Of a stretch of 62,682 nt of DNA, positions 37,561-50,880 are shown one piece after another. Positions within the stretch are counted from its first letter, which is position 1; the number at the start of each line of letters is the position of its first letter. The notes beneath the pieces were generated by a model. It had not been told where the DNA came from and made no database searches. It saw only the letters and a list, made by a program, of their open reading frames with translations. The translations under genes were made by a program, and so were the position numbers. Origin of the DNA: Chara braunii (taxonomy: Eukaryota; Plantae; Charophyceae); assembly GCA_003427395.1 (NCBI GenBank), contig BFEA01000004.1:3850160-3912841 (forward strand). Direction: 5' to 3'.

Positions 37561-38170
37561 TTTCATTCAAAAGGGTATAGACTCTACATGAAACCCACGT
37601 CTGGCATAAGATTGAAAATGAATGGGATGACTCGCTCATGTGGAAGGTGGTTCTTCCTGAAGGAAATCAACATGACATTGTGTAGCTTGTTCTCAATGGA
37701 AGTGCATTCTTGGATTGTTACTCCGTCGTTGAAGCTTAAGGAAGTAGTTATTAGTCTTGAGAATGGTAGAGAGACCCACGCCGAAACTATGTTCCTGATT
37801 CATTAATGGGGTGTTGTTACCTTTCCTCTAAATAGGAAAGTAACTACATTATTAGATAAGAAAGGAGAAAGGGGTTTCGTACCTTGCATAAACGTTGATG
37901 GCGAAGTGAGGCAGCTACTGCTTAGCCAGCGTGGGTCTAGAGTGACGACGTAAACCAGACTCTCGTTAGATTGGACCACCATACTGAGAAAGGTGTGAGA
38001 TCATCACTTGTTGCTTTGATGAGTCTAAGTGGGGTTGTCCTTCTAACCCTGATAGGTTCGGTAAGGTGCAAATACCGGAATCGAAAGGGGTTGCAACAAG
38101 GCTTGATCCTTAGAACGGGGCTCATGAATCAAAATGTTATCCCAAGAGGATTCAACGCCCCTCAACATTA
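37561..38170 (+). pseudogene. Decayed ORF of unknown function upstream of gag
   Basis: LYMKPTSGIRLKMNG...GRETHAETMFLIH*WGVVTFPLNRKVTTLLDKKGERGFVPCINVDGEVRQLLLS; paralogue at 18226-18850. Confidence 0.55.
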
Positions 38171-38797
38171 TATGCTTCACTTAAAAGTTGAAGGAGTAAC
38201 AATTATATTGTGTTATTTACTCATTGATAGTTTTATTTTTGCCTAATAACGTCCATAATATAGCCTTGAATGTTATTATTTTGCATTTTTGTTGCGTATT
38301 ATGTTTTGTCGAGTTTTTCTAAAGCATGTTATGTCATTCTATCACATTTGTAGCAAACCTGTTGTGCTTATCATGATGTGAACTATTATTGTGAGTTCAT
38401 GCTATCTATCTGAAATTGTATTGCTCTTTGGATTTATGATTGAATTATTTATGTACATTGTATGCATATGTCGTATCCTTCCTTGATGGTAAAAATGGTA
38501 TGTGTTTGATGTTTGAACCACGTTTTGAAAAACGCGCATATTTATCAGTATATATTGTGATATTATATGATTTGGGAATTGCGTAAGCATGAGTGAGTAT
38601 TTGTTTGTAGACACTCTTCGGTATCCTTGTCGTTCTGAATGAGTTCTCATGCGCGCTTACATAATGAGTGTCAATGTTATTTTAGTGGAATATATTTTAT
38701 AACATTTATTTTGCTTAGTTACGTGATTCCTCTCGTGTTTTGACCCTAAGACCACTCGTTGTTTGTTTAACATGTGATCAGGTCGAGGGATCTCAAG

Positions 38798-39420
38798 ATG
38801 GAAGGTTGGCAAGGGATAATCGGGGTTAAGAAACCCGCATATCTGCTGATTCTGCGAGATTGGGAACGAGACAACCTACCCAAGGTTGAGATCAAATGTT
38901 TCATGGATTATCATGTTTTCGACTTCCTCGATAAATTTAGACAAATAGTGCCCCTCAGCAAGTGAAACGAGAAACATATGTTGAGGAATATTATAAAGTA
39001 TATTCACATAAATTTGAAGGAGGGAGTCATTGGTTTTATTAAAAGAGTGTGATCATCATGGAGTAAGATTCACGATGACATGTGAGAAACATATAAGTTA
39101 AGTGAGGAAAAACTGACCAAATATGATCTTGAGAAAATAGATCGGTACAACTATGTGTAAGTGGGGCAGTTCCTCGCAGAACTCAAGGGCGCTTCCCATA
39201 AAGTTTGGGCATTATTAGAATATGACAAGTGTTTCGCCTTCCTTATGAACTTTTCGGATGCAGGGCAACGATATCTAATTCGTGGGACAAAAGAAACACT
39301 TATATGAGATAAAATCCGAGAGAATTTTGTACAAAAGGATTTTAATCAACACCTTTTCATACTCTGCAGGAAGCAAGGAAAAGTAAAGAGATTAAAATTA
39401 TGGCAAGAGGGATCTTGGTT
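38798..39420 (+). pseudogene. Ty3/gypsy gag-like capsid pseudogene
   Basis: A single frame of ~200 codons broken only by TGA/TAA stops: F.DYHVFDFLDKF...MLRNIIKY...W.KIHDDM.ETYKL...DLEKIDR...VGQFLAEL...DKCFAFL. It lies downstream of the PBS. Confidence 0.6.
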
Positions 39421-40757
39421 AATGGACAAGTGAATTTGCGACGGGCAGCTCTAAGAGTATGAAAAATGAACTTTAGAAGGGCACTAAGATGATCAAGAGA
39501 GATCATAAGTGGAGTAAGGAGAAGAAAGTGGAACCATGTATTGAAAGAAAAAGGATATAAACTAGAGTTAGAAACATTGCAACTCATATCTGTGACAGGA
39601 CGATTGACACCCCAAGTAGGAAGGGAAAATAAAAGTGAGAGAGCTTGAAATAAGCTAATATAGCTCCACCTCATACGACGTCCGATCCTTGAAAGGATGA
39701 TGGTGATAATCGTCAATTGGAAGTTGGACAGGGCGGAAGAACAGCAAGAGGCGAGAATGGAAGGCGAAGATAGTATGTGAGTGTTCTGGAAAAGTTTGAC
39801 ATACCCCTCAGAAATACAAAATGGCGAAAGGAGTTGAAAGGTGAGACCGTTTGCTCTAGTAGATAAAAGTCAAACTTTCGCAATAGTTACCACCACCTCA
39901 CTTAGCTCATCTATAGCAAAAGAGAGGTAGAGTAATGTCGGCGGTCTTGGACGACTTATACGTAAACAGTCGGAGTGTTGTGGCAGTGCGAAAAACTCAC
40001 TTGCTGAGCTTATTAACGATTACCTCTTTACATTGCTTTAAGATGAGTTTATGAATTTTTATCTAATATGTATGATCCACCTTGTTTATAATTCTGATTC
40101 CGAGTAAGGGTTATTACCTTTTAATAATCGGATTGTGCGTACGTTCTAAATCTGATTATCTATTTTTTAAGTTTTGTGTCATTTTTGTTTAAATATAAGT
40201 AAAAAAATTTCTATGGTTTCACTTTATGCTTGTTAGTTGGTAATGGCCCGTAAGGTAGCTGTATGAGGTCGTCTACTTTCCATTGAAACCTTGATATGTG
40301 ATGACTCGAGACTTAACATAATTTGAATCTTCTTCATGTCCATTTTGGTATAGGTTTTGATATCCTCGGTTTGCAGATTCGTGCGTATTCCGATTGTCAT
40401 TAGCATTCTTACCATTGTGATTTTGTAGGTTTTTTCCTCTTTTATTTCAATTTGACATACAAGGAATAAAAAAGTTAACGGTGTGAAGAAAAAACGTGAC
40501 AAATTGTGAATGAAGTGTTAAGTATCCAAAATGTTCGACGGAGTGGAAATAGCGTAATTATCAATGAGACATTTTTTTAGGGAACACAAACCTTAGGAGT
40601 TGGTACGCCGATAGAGTCTGACGGAATGGTTAGAGTTGGTATGAGTATGCCGATAGAGCCCGACGGAATGGTTAGAGTTGGTATGAGCCCTGATCATAGA
40701 GTCTGGGCGATTAAAATGATTGGTTGTTGAGTCGGACGAACCTTCAGCACGACACGT

Positions 40758-42560
40758 TGTCGAGCACATCGGCTCCCGTCCTTTTTCGCAGAAAGAGAGA
40801 ACCATCCCGGTCATGTTACGCAGGAGTTCAACAAAAACAAAACAAGAGACAATTTTGGGATAATGTCGAAACAATCCCCCGAACTGTCAAAACGGGTACG
40901 GTGACGTTGTCCTCCGACCGCTCTACTACCTGTGTGCACCAGCCGTACTTTCTGCAATCCCCTACGACATGATAGGTTTTCGCGGGGCACAACTTACCTT
41001 CATGAAGGGGCTGTCACCACCCTTAAGGGCATATCCCTACCGAGCTACTGACCGACATGTGGAACTTTCAAATACAATTGCAGAGGTAGGTCAGCGAAGG
41101 ACGTTTTCTCGCTCGCTGTCGTATAGGTACGCGCGGTTAAAACGCCTAATAAAATTGGACTTCGTTTGTCCCTTAGGGTGCTTATCTTCCAAGTACGAAG
41201 AGTGCGTCAGTCACCTAGCCAAAGGGCGGTCTCAACCAAGCGTTAAACCCACAAGTATCCTAGTCCCTTAGATGCACAATTCAGAGAGACGAGATTACCG
41301 TGATCAAATATAACTATACCGAAAACTATCGACCATTGATCGATAGAAAAACGGATCCGAATTCAGTCATGAGTTGAAACAATAACAAAAAGAACCCGAA
41401 CATCACAGGGCAAAACTAATAACGCAAGACTGAAGTAAAAAACAAAATTCACCACCTAAGGTTAAACTCGATGGGAAAAAAAAAATAAATAATACAAAGC
41501 CATTAACGAAAAGTTGGCTTTGACAATAACCTCGACGCAGACGGTAAGATAGACGAACTGCCCCTGTTCTGACTTGATGAGACGTGATGTCAAAGCCATT
41601 CATTCCCTCCTATCGTCGACCTAAGATTGGACACACACACACCCGGCGCCATACATTTTAGTTTTTTTTTAATGACAGACTGCTTTACAGATGATTCTTG
41701 ATCAGGTGCATTTCTCAAAGTGTTGCATGTCCCACCCTCTAGGAAGTGGTATGGGCTACTCCTCCTCGCCCAAGCACAAAGCTTGAATCTCAGAAGTCGG
41801 ACCGTCTCCACCGAATCGGCAAAGTACCCCCCCTGTGAAGCGGTCCACTTTAGGTCGATAGGTCGGTTCCGAGAGCAACAAACTCCTGCCCCAAATATTT
41901 CTGTTCTCATTTTTCCTAAGCTGAAGGTAACTTAGATGAAAGAAGTCGAAGGAGATAGAGGACTTAGGAAATAAGAACCATTCAGACATGTGTAGATAGA
42001 TAAGGTCATTCGAGATAGAAAGGGTCACCTTGGGATAAAAGGCTAAATCCATTTAATCTTTTCTTCTCTATTTGAATCAAATTTCTTTTCCGACGTCCAC
42101 TGAATTAAACCTTTTTTAAGCACTTTTTTTTTTTTGACTAGCAAGCAGGCGAAAAGTAGAAGGAAGACAACCATTTTCATCATCCCTAAAAAGGCACAAT
42201 CAATCTCCCTTGCAAACACTTTTCTACCTACCTGCACACTAAAAAACAACCACAGGTCAAAAAAATTCAGCAATCTATCCTCCCGCCAGATCCCACTTTT
42301 TCACATGCATAACTACACGTTTTACTCAACCTTTCCTTTTGAATGTTCAAAACAAAAAAGATCAAGCAAAATGTGGGTTCACGAGGTTGTGAAGGAATCT
42401 GAGTCAATCAACTGACCTTGAGTGAAGCGGTGTCGAACACGCTCTGGTTCACTCAAGAAAGCTAAGTAAGAAAAAATATACTCGTCGCCGAAGAAAAACT
42501 TCAATCCCAAGACAAATCCCGATTAATCAATGGTCACAATTCATCCTCCACTCGTACGTC
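40758..42560 (-). mobile_element. Giant-LTR family copy D (minus strand), 3' part; may extend to ~47800
   Basis: Minus strand ends GAGCCGATGTGCTCGACA. The reverse complement of 40940-41145 aligns with 26290-26500, and 41690-42050 weakly with 11400-11700. Confidence 0.65.
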
Positions 42561-42589
42561 TCACCCGTGGTAGTCCCAAGTGTGAAGAC

Positions 42590-43420
42590 CAGGGTTGTCA
42601 GGCGGGGGCCCTCGGGCGCAAAGTCGGGGTACGGGTTTGACCCCTGGACCCCCGCCGAGGGGGTGCCCCNNNNNNNNNNNNNNNNNNNNNNNNNNNNNNN
42701 NNNNNNNNNNNNNNNNNNNNNNNNNNNNNNNNNNNNNNNNNNNNNNNNNNNNNNNNNNNNNNNNNNNNNNNNNNNNNNNNNNNNNNNNNNNNNNNNNNNN
42801 NNNNNNNNNNNNNNNNNNNNNNNNNNNNNNNNNNNNNNNNNNNNNNNNNNNNNNNNNNNNNNNNNNNNNNNNNNNNNNNNNNNNNNNNNNNNNNNNNNNN
42901 NNNNNNNNNNNNNNNNNNNNNNNNNNNNNNNNNNNNNNNNNNNNNNNNNNNNNNNNNNNNNNNNNNNNNNNNNNNNNNNNNNNNNNNNNNNNNNNNNNNN
43001 NNNNNNNNNNNNNNNNNNNNNNNNNNNNNNNNNNNNNNNNNNNNNNNNNNNNNNNNNNNNNNNNNNNNNNNNNNNNNNNNNNNNNNNNNNNNNNNNNNNN
43101 NNNNNNNNNNNNNNNNNNNNNNNNNNNNNNNNNNNNNNNNNNNNNNNNNNNNNNNNNNNNNNNNNNNNNNNNNNNNNNNNNNNNNNNNNNNNNNNNNNNN
43201 NNNNNNNNNNNNNNNNNNNNNNNNNNCCAACCCCGGCTCCACACCCCGCTGCCAGCCAATCCCGGCCCCGCACCCCGCTGGGCCCCGCCCCCGGCCCTGC
43301 GCCCGCACTACCCCGGGCTCACGAGGGTGGGGTGTAGCCGCGGGGGGGGGCCGAGGTCGGGCCAAAACTGCAATATTGCAGTTTGGCCCAGGGGGTGCAG
43401 GTTGCGGCTGCGCACCCCCC

Positions 43421-43475
<55 letters not shown>

Positions 43476-43576
43476 TTTTTTTTTTTTTTTTTACTTTTTT
43501 TGTCGGGGCCAGGGGTGCCGACCCCCGGCCCCCGGGACCCCCGCGCGGGCCCCGGGGCAGGGGCTCGACAACCCTG
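42590..43576. mobile_element. Non-autonomous hAT-type DNA transposon (MITE), GC-rich, with a gap inside
   Basis: TIRs CAGGGTTGTC/GACAACCCTG; perfect 8-bp TSD GTGAAGAC (42582-42589, 43577-43584). Confidence 0.9.
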
Positions 43577-46500
43577 GTGAAGACGACAATCCGCATATGT
43601 AAAAAAAAAAAAGATATCACTGGCCCCTTGTAAGTGTCAACTGGGCCCAAATGGTCCCAAGTGGTCCCACACTACCGCCCTCAACACGAGATGGCTCCAG
43701 CAATCAAAACCGCTCACTCCATGTGCTAAAAAAAAAAAAAAAGTCGGTCTCGAATGTCGAAACCGCAAGTGTCGCGAGTCCCAATGGTCACTACTGCGCA
43801 CTGCATCACGCAGACTTCCAAAAACAAAAGTAGTCTGACACGAGAGTCCCAACTCATTCACAAGCGCCACATATCACAATCCACCATAGGCACCACCAAG
43901 TATGCTCCAAGACTGCCGACTGCACCCTGCCGCACGCCTTAAAAAAATAATGCCGCACAAGGTAGTCGAACACCACTCTTTGAACCAAGTCCAAAGGTGT
44001 GCACTAGTGATGATACCGCCTCTGCATTACTCTGGTGTACTTCACTCCCCGCCGCCGTGTAGGTACTGGTCCCCAAAAAATAACGGCAGCGCTGCTACAT
44101 GCTGCGTCGTCTTGAATCTGTCTTGAAAATGGTACCGACATTAGAAGCAGTCCCGACGCCCACACGACATCCCAAAAGAGACCGATGTCATGCCACCACC
44201 GTCAATGCCGCAATGCCCTAGCACTGAACCGAAGTTACTGTACACATACCACTTCAAAAAAATAACGGCGGGGTTATTGCTCACTGCGTCGCCCGAAATT
44301 GGCTCCACAACACCCAACAGTACCACCATTGGATCATACACAAAAGACAAGTCCACTGCGCCAAAAACAATTGGCAGCACCTCCCCTTAAATTACTGCCA
44401 CCAGACACGCCGCAAAGTCGGCAGCATTTCACCACTGAAAAATGATGTTTTTGTCAGACAGCACCTCCCGTGCACAAAAATGATGCCGCTGATGCGCCAA
44501 CAAATTTGGCAGCATAACCCCTTCACGTAGTACCAACTGGCGCACCACAATTTCCACAACATAATGCCACAAAAATCAAGGCCGACGATGCCGAAAATTT
44601 TTGGCAGCATATCCCTACAAAATGGGGGTTAGCCTGACACAACCTGCTCCGCTGGCACCTCCACTAGTGTCGCCTCTGACGTCCGTTGTTGCCGCTCAAG
44701 CACCAATGTCAAATTAATAAATTTGGGCCCTAGACGAAATCCAGACCCAAAATGTAGCTCCCGCCATGCCGCCCTGGTCCTGCAGTGTCCTAAGGACCAC
44801 CCCACAGGGCTAGCACCAGCCAGAGCATGGAGCAGAGTGCTCCCTGCCACGGCTATGACTGCCCTCCTCCTTCTCTCGCGCTCCTCTGCAAACCTCTAAT
44901 CTACTACAGCACGGCTTCTAACAGCTCCTTCAACAGCTCATCAACACTCAAGTGTGCTGTCACACACTGGCAACATGAGTGCTTATGTGTGGCAACTGGG
45001 GACAACTGTCTTTTTTATAGTGGTTGCGGAGGGTTGGTCGTCACTCCAGCCCCCAGGCAAAATTGCGGGCTCAGAGTGAGCTCTTGATCTACCCAAGATC
45101 AAAGGCTAATTGTGACCACACGACAACCACAACCTTAGTGAAGCAGTTTGTTTAACTGCTATACTTTTATTTTATTTTTCTTTACCTTAACTATCTCGGA
45201 TTTTCACGAGATAATTAAGTTTTTGTCATTTTCAAAATTATTTTTCTTTTATTTTTATGATAACGGGTTGAAGAGATACAACCCCTTTCAGTTTGACGTA
45301 CCTGACCTCTTTTCCGAAGACAGATATGTCGAGGAAAAGGTTGTAATTAGCCTTTTCCTCTATGCGACCTTTAATTTTCAAGCTCCCTCTAAAAATGTGA
45401 GCCTGACAATTAACTCTAACAACTTTTGTCAGAGCTTGTACCTTGTGAGGACAAGTGTCCTTACGAGAATGCAATAAAAAAAAAAAACTAAGCTTAAACC
45501 TTTAAACTGCACCGTCCTAGACCCTGATTAAGACCAGGATCGTGTTGTTGAAACCAACAGCACCCTCTCCATTTCCTCTGCCCTCCCCCGAAAATGAGGA
45601 AGGCAGTTAGTTGTCAGGCTGGGAGAGGTAGGAAAACAACTCGTAAGAACTCACGAGTTCAAATCCCGATAGACTCATAGCGGGGTGCAAGAAGTCCCCA
45701 CCTTTGGCGATTTTTAAATGAAAACGTGCCTAATAAAAAATCTCAAAAAATTCACGCGCGTGGCGTAGATGATCAGTTTCTAAAAAAAAAAAAATTCAAG
45801 GCTGACAACAACCATTTACGCCACCAAAAGAATATTGACGCAAACCGCAAAATACGGTTTTTCTCAAAATCTTAATCCCGTTTTCTCGTTTTTTTTTTTT
45901 TTTTTTTTTTTTCCTTCCTCCCCTAGAAAATGGGGAGGCAGTTGGCAGGTCAGGAAGAGTAGGTCCTACTCTCTTCAATTCTCCCCCATTTCTTTCACTC
46001 CCTCTTCTGTTCCAACTCCCTTCAGCTTCCTTACTCCCCATGCGTGTTGATCCAGGCCGCACAATCGACAATCTTGTGGCCACCAATGATAGCACTAGGA
46101 GGAGGAAGAGGAAGGTGGTCTCACCAACCCTTCAAACTGAATAGTTGTGTTCCACGAGGCACCATTGTGTCATTGGTCTTCCCCTCCTCCCTTTTTTTTT
46201 TGCACGCTTCATTTTCAATGCAACTCGTTGCATTTCCCCTCTGTTTTAGCTGCCTCACCTGCTGTCTTCCCAACCGTTTTACCCCTAACTCCTTTTGTCG
46301 GAGCACAAGTGAGAAGCAGGCAGAGGTGAACGATCTTGGCCTCCTAATCATCAGGATCACACGGTTGAGATCAGCCTCGTCGGAGTGAGCATGGCCGTAG
46401 TGCAAGTATGACCCGCATAAATCGAGAAATTGTCTATTTTTTTCTTAATTTTAAGTCCCATTTGATTCCCGATTGGAATCGAATCCAAGTCTGTATTTCA

Positions 46501-47949
46501 ACAGTCCATTGATGTGCTAACACTTATGTAAGGCCGTTGAGGTAAGTGTTTTATTTTTTTTTTGTTCCTTTTTTTTTTTTATTACTTCCCTTTGTCACGC
46601 AACTGCTGTTTTTTTTTTTTTAGGCGCAAGAAGGATGGGAAGAGACCCTAATCCTGACCGTGATTGCGAGCGGGTGCAACTAGGTGGGCCGATGGGGTTA
46701 GTTGGGTGGAATAAGCAAACAATATTTTTGTTAATGGGTTACCATCTTGATTTGTCGAAAGCTAACATGGACTACAATTAATAAAGATCACGACTATAAG
46801 GCCGATGAAATAAAAAGATTCAACTTGGTTGTTTGGCTCGATAAAAGTTATTTCGAGGCACATCCTGATTCAATCAATGGTTAAAGTTAGACTTAACTTT
46901 TCTGTTGTGATGTGATAGGGGCTATACCGAGATCCTTGCTAAAAGAGAGCTAGTGTAAGGGTCGGTCAAATTCAGTCCCTACATTTGTCATATATTAGAT
47001 ATCCCTGAAATTTACTAGGCTAACTCCCACATTGGTGGAAAGAGGAGCGGCCATGCTATTACTATTGGTTAGAAAGTTAGTATTTCCCAAATTAGGTAGT
47101 GAGGCAAAAACCCCATTAAGTTGTTAAAAGTAGAGTCATAATTTCTTTTTTTCTTTTCATTAAGAAAAAATACCAGCAATATTCTTCTCTCAATTCCACC
47201 TATCACTACCGATATGTTAATACTCCTAAGGCTATGCACATCTATCCGATAAACATAGTTGTATCTCTCATAATTAAGGGGATGCATGATGGCACCTGCT
47301 CTAATCGGTGGTGGTCAGGGAGTAAAGTGAGGTCACTGGTGCAAAGGAGGAGGCGGTTAATGCAAAGACTGAACATTGTGCCAGGAGGTACGTTCCCATC
47401 TAATTTATCCACCCCCATCAAGCAACATCAGTGTTCATGGTCGGTGCTCTCCCACACGCCACATATAACCCACACACAGAAACTTACACCCGTTGTCCGT
47501 GCGAATACCATTACAAGGGTATCCGACCTGGTTTTTGCAAGTGACAAAAAAAAAGTTTTGATTTGAAATTGGGTAAAAAAGTTAGGTGCATCATGCGAAC
47601 CGCGACGAATTTTCTTTTTACGACCAACTGTGTGTTCAAAGGAAAAATAGAGAGTGTGTGGGCACGCATTCTTGAGGCATGTGTGATCATTCTTATTTGA
47701 TGTCGCAGAGTCAGCGCAATTGCCGGCTAACCTTTGTTTTTTATTAAACTAGGATTAAAATATAATTTTTGGTTTAATAGGTATATTTTACCATGATATG
47801 GGCCCGGACGAAGGCGGCGTTGCCATGACCGACGTTAGGGCTGACTACCGGTGGCGTATATTTTAAGAGGCGACTACTTTCATTTTATTTGAAGGGATTT
47901 GGAGCCCACGTAACGCGTGGTGCAGCATGGCATTTTGTGGTGTCTGTCC

Positions 47950-50880
47950 CCTACAGGCATTTATGAAATGCTTGCGAAAGCCCTGGCAAACCGACTGATC
48001 CCGGTCTTGGACGATATTATCCATCCGGCGCAAATCGAGTTTGTCCAACGCGCCGGATCCAGGATAACATCTTACCAGTTAATGAACTTCTTAAACTAAC
48101 AAGGCAAGACAAGCAGAATGTGGTTGTGATCTTCATTGATTTTGAAAAAGCTTATGACCACATGGACTAGTTATTCATAGAGAAATGCATGGAAAAAATG
48201 AACATTGGGCCTATTTTCCGACGCCGGGCTGAAATACTACACAACGCCACCACATTTGTCCAAATCAATGGAAGGATAGCGCCGACCTTCCCGCTGCAAC
48301 GGTCGGTTCGCCAAGGGGACCCTTTGGCGCCCTTCTAGTTCATAGTTGCGATGGCAGAGTTGGCGGCGAACCTCCGCGCCAAGAAAGATATGAGGAAACT
48401 GCAGATCTTGGCCATCCCAGAAGATGCGATCCCTATCTGTTCGATGTCTGCGGAGGACCTTACACTTGTGATAGATGCAACCGCAACAAACATGAAAGAG
48501 ATCGGACAATTATTTGACCGGTTCACAGTAGTCTCAGACATCACCGTTAACTAGGGTAACAAAACCTTGGGGTGGTGGATCCACCATCCAGAGGCGCACC
48601 CCCCCGAGCTACCACGGGTCAAATGGCTCCCCGAAGCAGCCCCCATCAGGGTGCTTGGAATTATGTTAACGACATTGGGGAAACCTGCATCCAATGATAA
48701 GTGGATTCTGAATCCCGCTTTAGAGAAGCTGGCTCACTGGAAAGACCGACACACCTCCCTCATTGGCAGGGCGCTAGCGATCAACAGTGTAGTGTTGACG
48801 GCCCTCTGGTACAGGTCTGCTATTTGGGCCCTCAACAAGGAGGTCGTCCGATCGCTCAAGCGGCGAATAACGACCCTGCTATGAATAAATAATGGTGAGC
48901 TCCCGAATGTCATTAGCAGGGTGGCCTGGTTGTTGGTGATCCAACCCAAAGACCAAGGGGGCCTGGGGATTCTAGACCCTGATACCGAGATCACAACATT
49001 AACAGTCCAATGGGTTAGGAGGCTACTCTTCACTTAGCGTCTCTCATGGCATGCCCTTGCGCTGGAACAGATCGCTAGACTCGCCCCACAAACACCACAA
49101 GGAGTCAACCCATTAACCTGGCTGGAAGACCTTTTCTGGACTGTGCCTCGGTCCCCTTGAAACATTCGACCCACTTACCAAGACACAACCCGCTTGGATC
49201 GGGTCATGGAAGACTTCTGGGCCTTGAAAGCTTGGTGACAACTTCCGTTGCCTGACAAACCCCCACTGACTAGGTGGGACGAGGTGATGCGTCAACCCCT
49301 TTTGGGGAAGAAAAGGATTACGGACCAACACAGCAGAGTGTATTGCAGCTCACACACCCCATGGAATAGCTGGGTCAAAAAAGGTATAATCAGAATAAAG
49401 GATATATGGGATACAGGGAAGGGAGACTAAAAAACTGCACAACAACTAAAGATCACACTAAAATATTGTCACAATGTTGAGCACACCAAATCGTTGATCT
49501 TTGCTATCCCCCTTGATTGGGTGCGCATCCTGCGCAAAGGGCCTCGACTTGCAGAAGGAGACTGGGTAGCAGCCCCGGGTGATCCGGAAAGTGTGGGCAA
49601 TGTGGTGGAGGTATGACTGGACAAAACACTAATTAACCTCTTCCACATAGGCAAGGATAATGTGCTCACCCGGTACACCCCATAGGTGGTGAGATGGTGG
49701 AGAAATGCGGACCTATACAGGATCCGCGTGCTACGAGACAAAGATGTGTGGAGCGCTTACCCGTCAAACACCCCCATGGCCGAGCTCCCCTTTGACCCGG
49801 AGGAATGGTAGTGGGCCCCTACACGAAAACGCAGGACGGGGGAGAACATAAAGTTTGATACTTTAACGGTGAAAGTTACCCATCGGCTGCTGCAACCAAA
49901 GGTGAACATAAAAGAAAAGGTAAAGGCTCGATGGAGGTCTCATTTAAATCTAGGAACTAAGGGAATCCGCCCCATCCAATGGTTCACCACCACAAGGTCT
50001 ACGCCAGCGAAGATGGTCTCGCTGCAGTGGCAGATAAGACATCACTGCCTGCCCACCAACGACTGGTTGATAGATTGTACATATCTAAAGCAGAAGGGGC
50101 GGGTGCTACCGTGGCGTAAATCGTGTCATACTGTCTTCCCATCCCGCAGAATTCCGGAAACCATCGAGCATGTATTTATGCAGTGTCCGGGGGTTGTGCT
50201 CACATGGCGATAGTGGGATAGGATTTGAACACTTTTGGGCATGGGGTCCAAATGGTCATGGGATTGGAGGGCCATATTATGCAAGGTATGGTCCTCCCCC
50301 ACTAACAACACTTTTGAAAACAACATGTTCAAGTTAGGGAGGAGAGTGGTCATGTGGGCCCTCTGAAGAAAACGTTGTATCCATGATATCGAGGGGGTCA
50401 GCATAGTTGAAGAAGACATAACACACATAATAAAACAATATATTCAACAAGAACTCATGGTACAGTGGCAAAAAGTTAAAAACCAAATTGGGCTGTTTCA
50501 TTCGTCAAAGGACATAACGCAAGCAATTCATCAATTCTCTGGGGACTGGTTGGACAGTGAGGATAGGTGTTGGATCGCATTCACCCGATGGGATGGTAGG
50601 TCTGCCCAGGAGTGTAACCAAGAGGAATTCAGGAGATACTACTGTATTTGCTTTAGAGACTGGAGTACGGTGGGCCAGGAGATCCCGTTGCGATCATCCA
50701 CAGAACTCCCCGATCCCTTCCCACCCCACCAACTCGCAATGGTCGATATGCAATGGTACGGAGCAGAGTGAGCAAGACTACAGACCCACAAGCTAATGAG
50801 ACCGAGTAAGGAAGTAACGGGTCAACAAACAGAACACGGAAGGTATCGACGGGTATTCAAAAGAAGAAGGATGTAGCCGC
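47950..50880 (+). pseudogene. L1/Tx1-type LINE ORF2 (reverse transcriptase + C-terminal zinc knuckle), 5'-truncated and disrupted
   Basis: YEMLAKALANRL..II HPAQ; IDFEKAYD; SVRQGDPLAP; catalytic motif decayed to SAED; IRVLGI; SLIGRALAINSV; PKDQGGLGI; HHCLPT..ETIEHVFMQC. Many stops. Confidence 0.92.
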
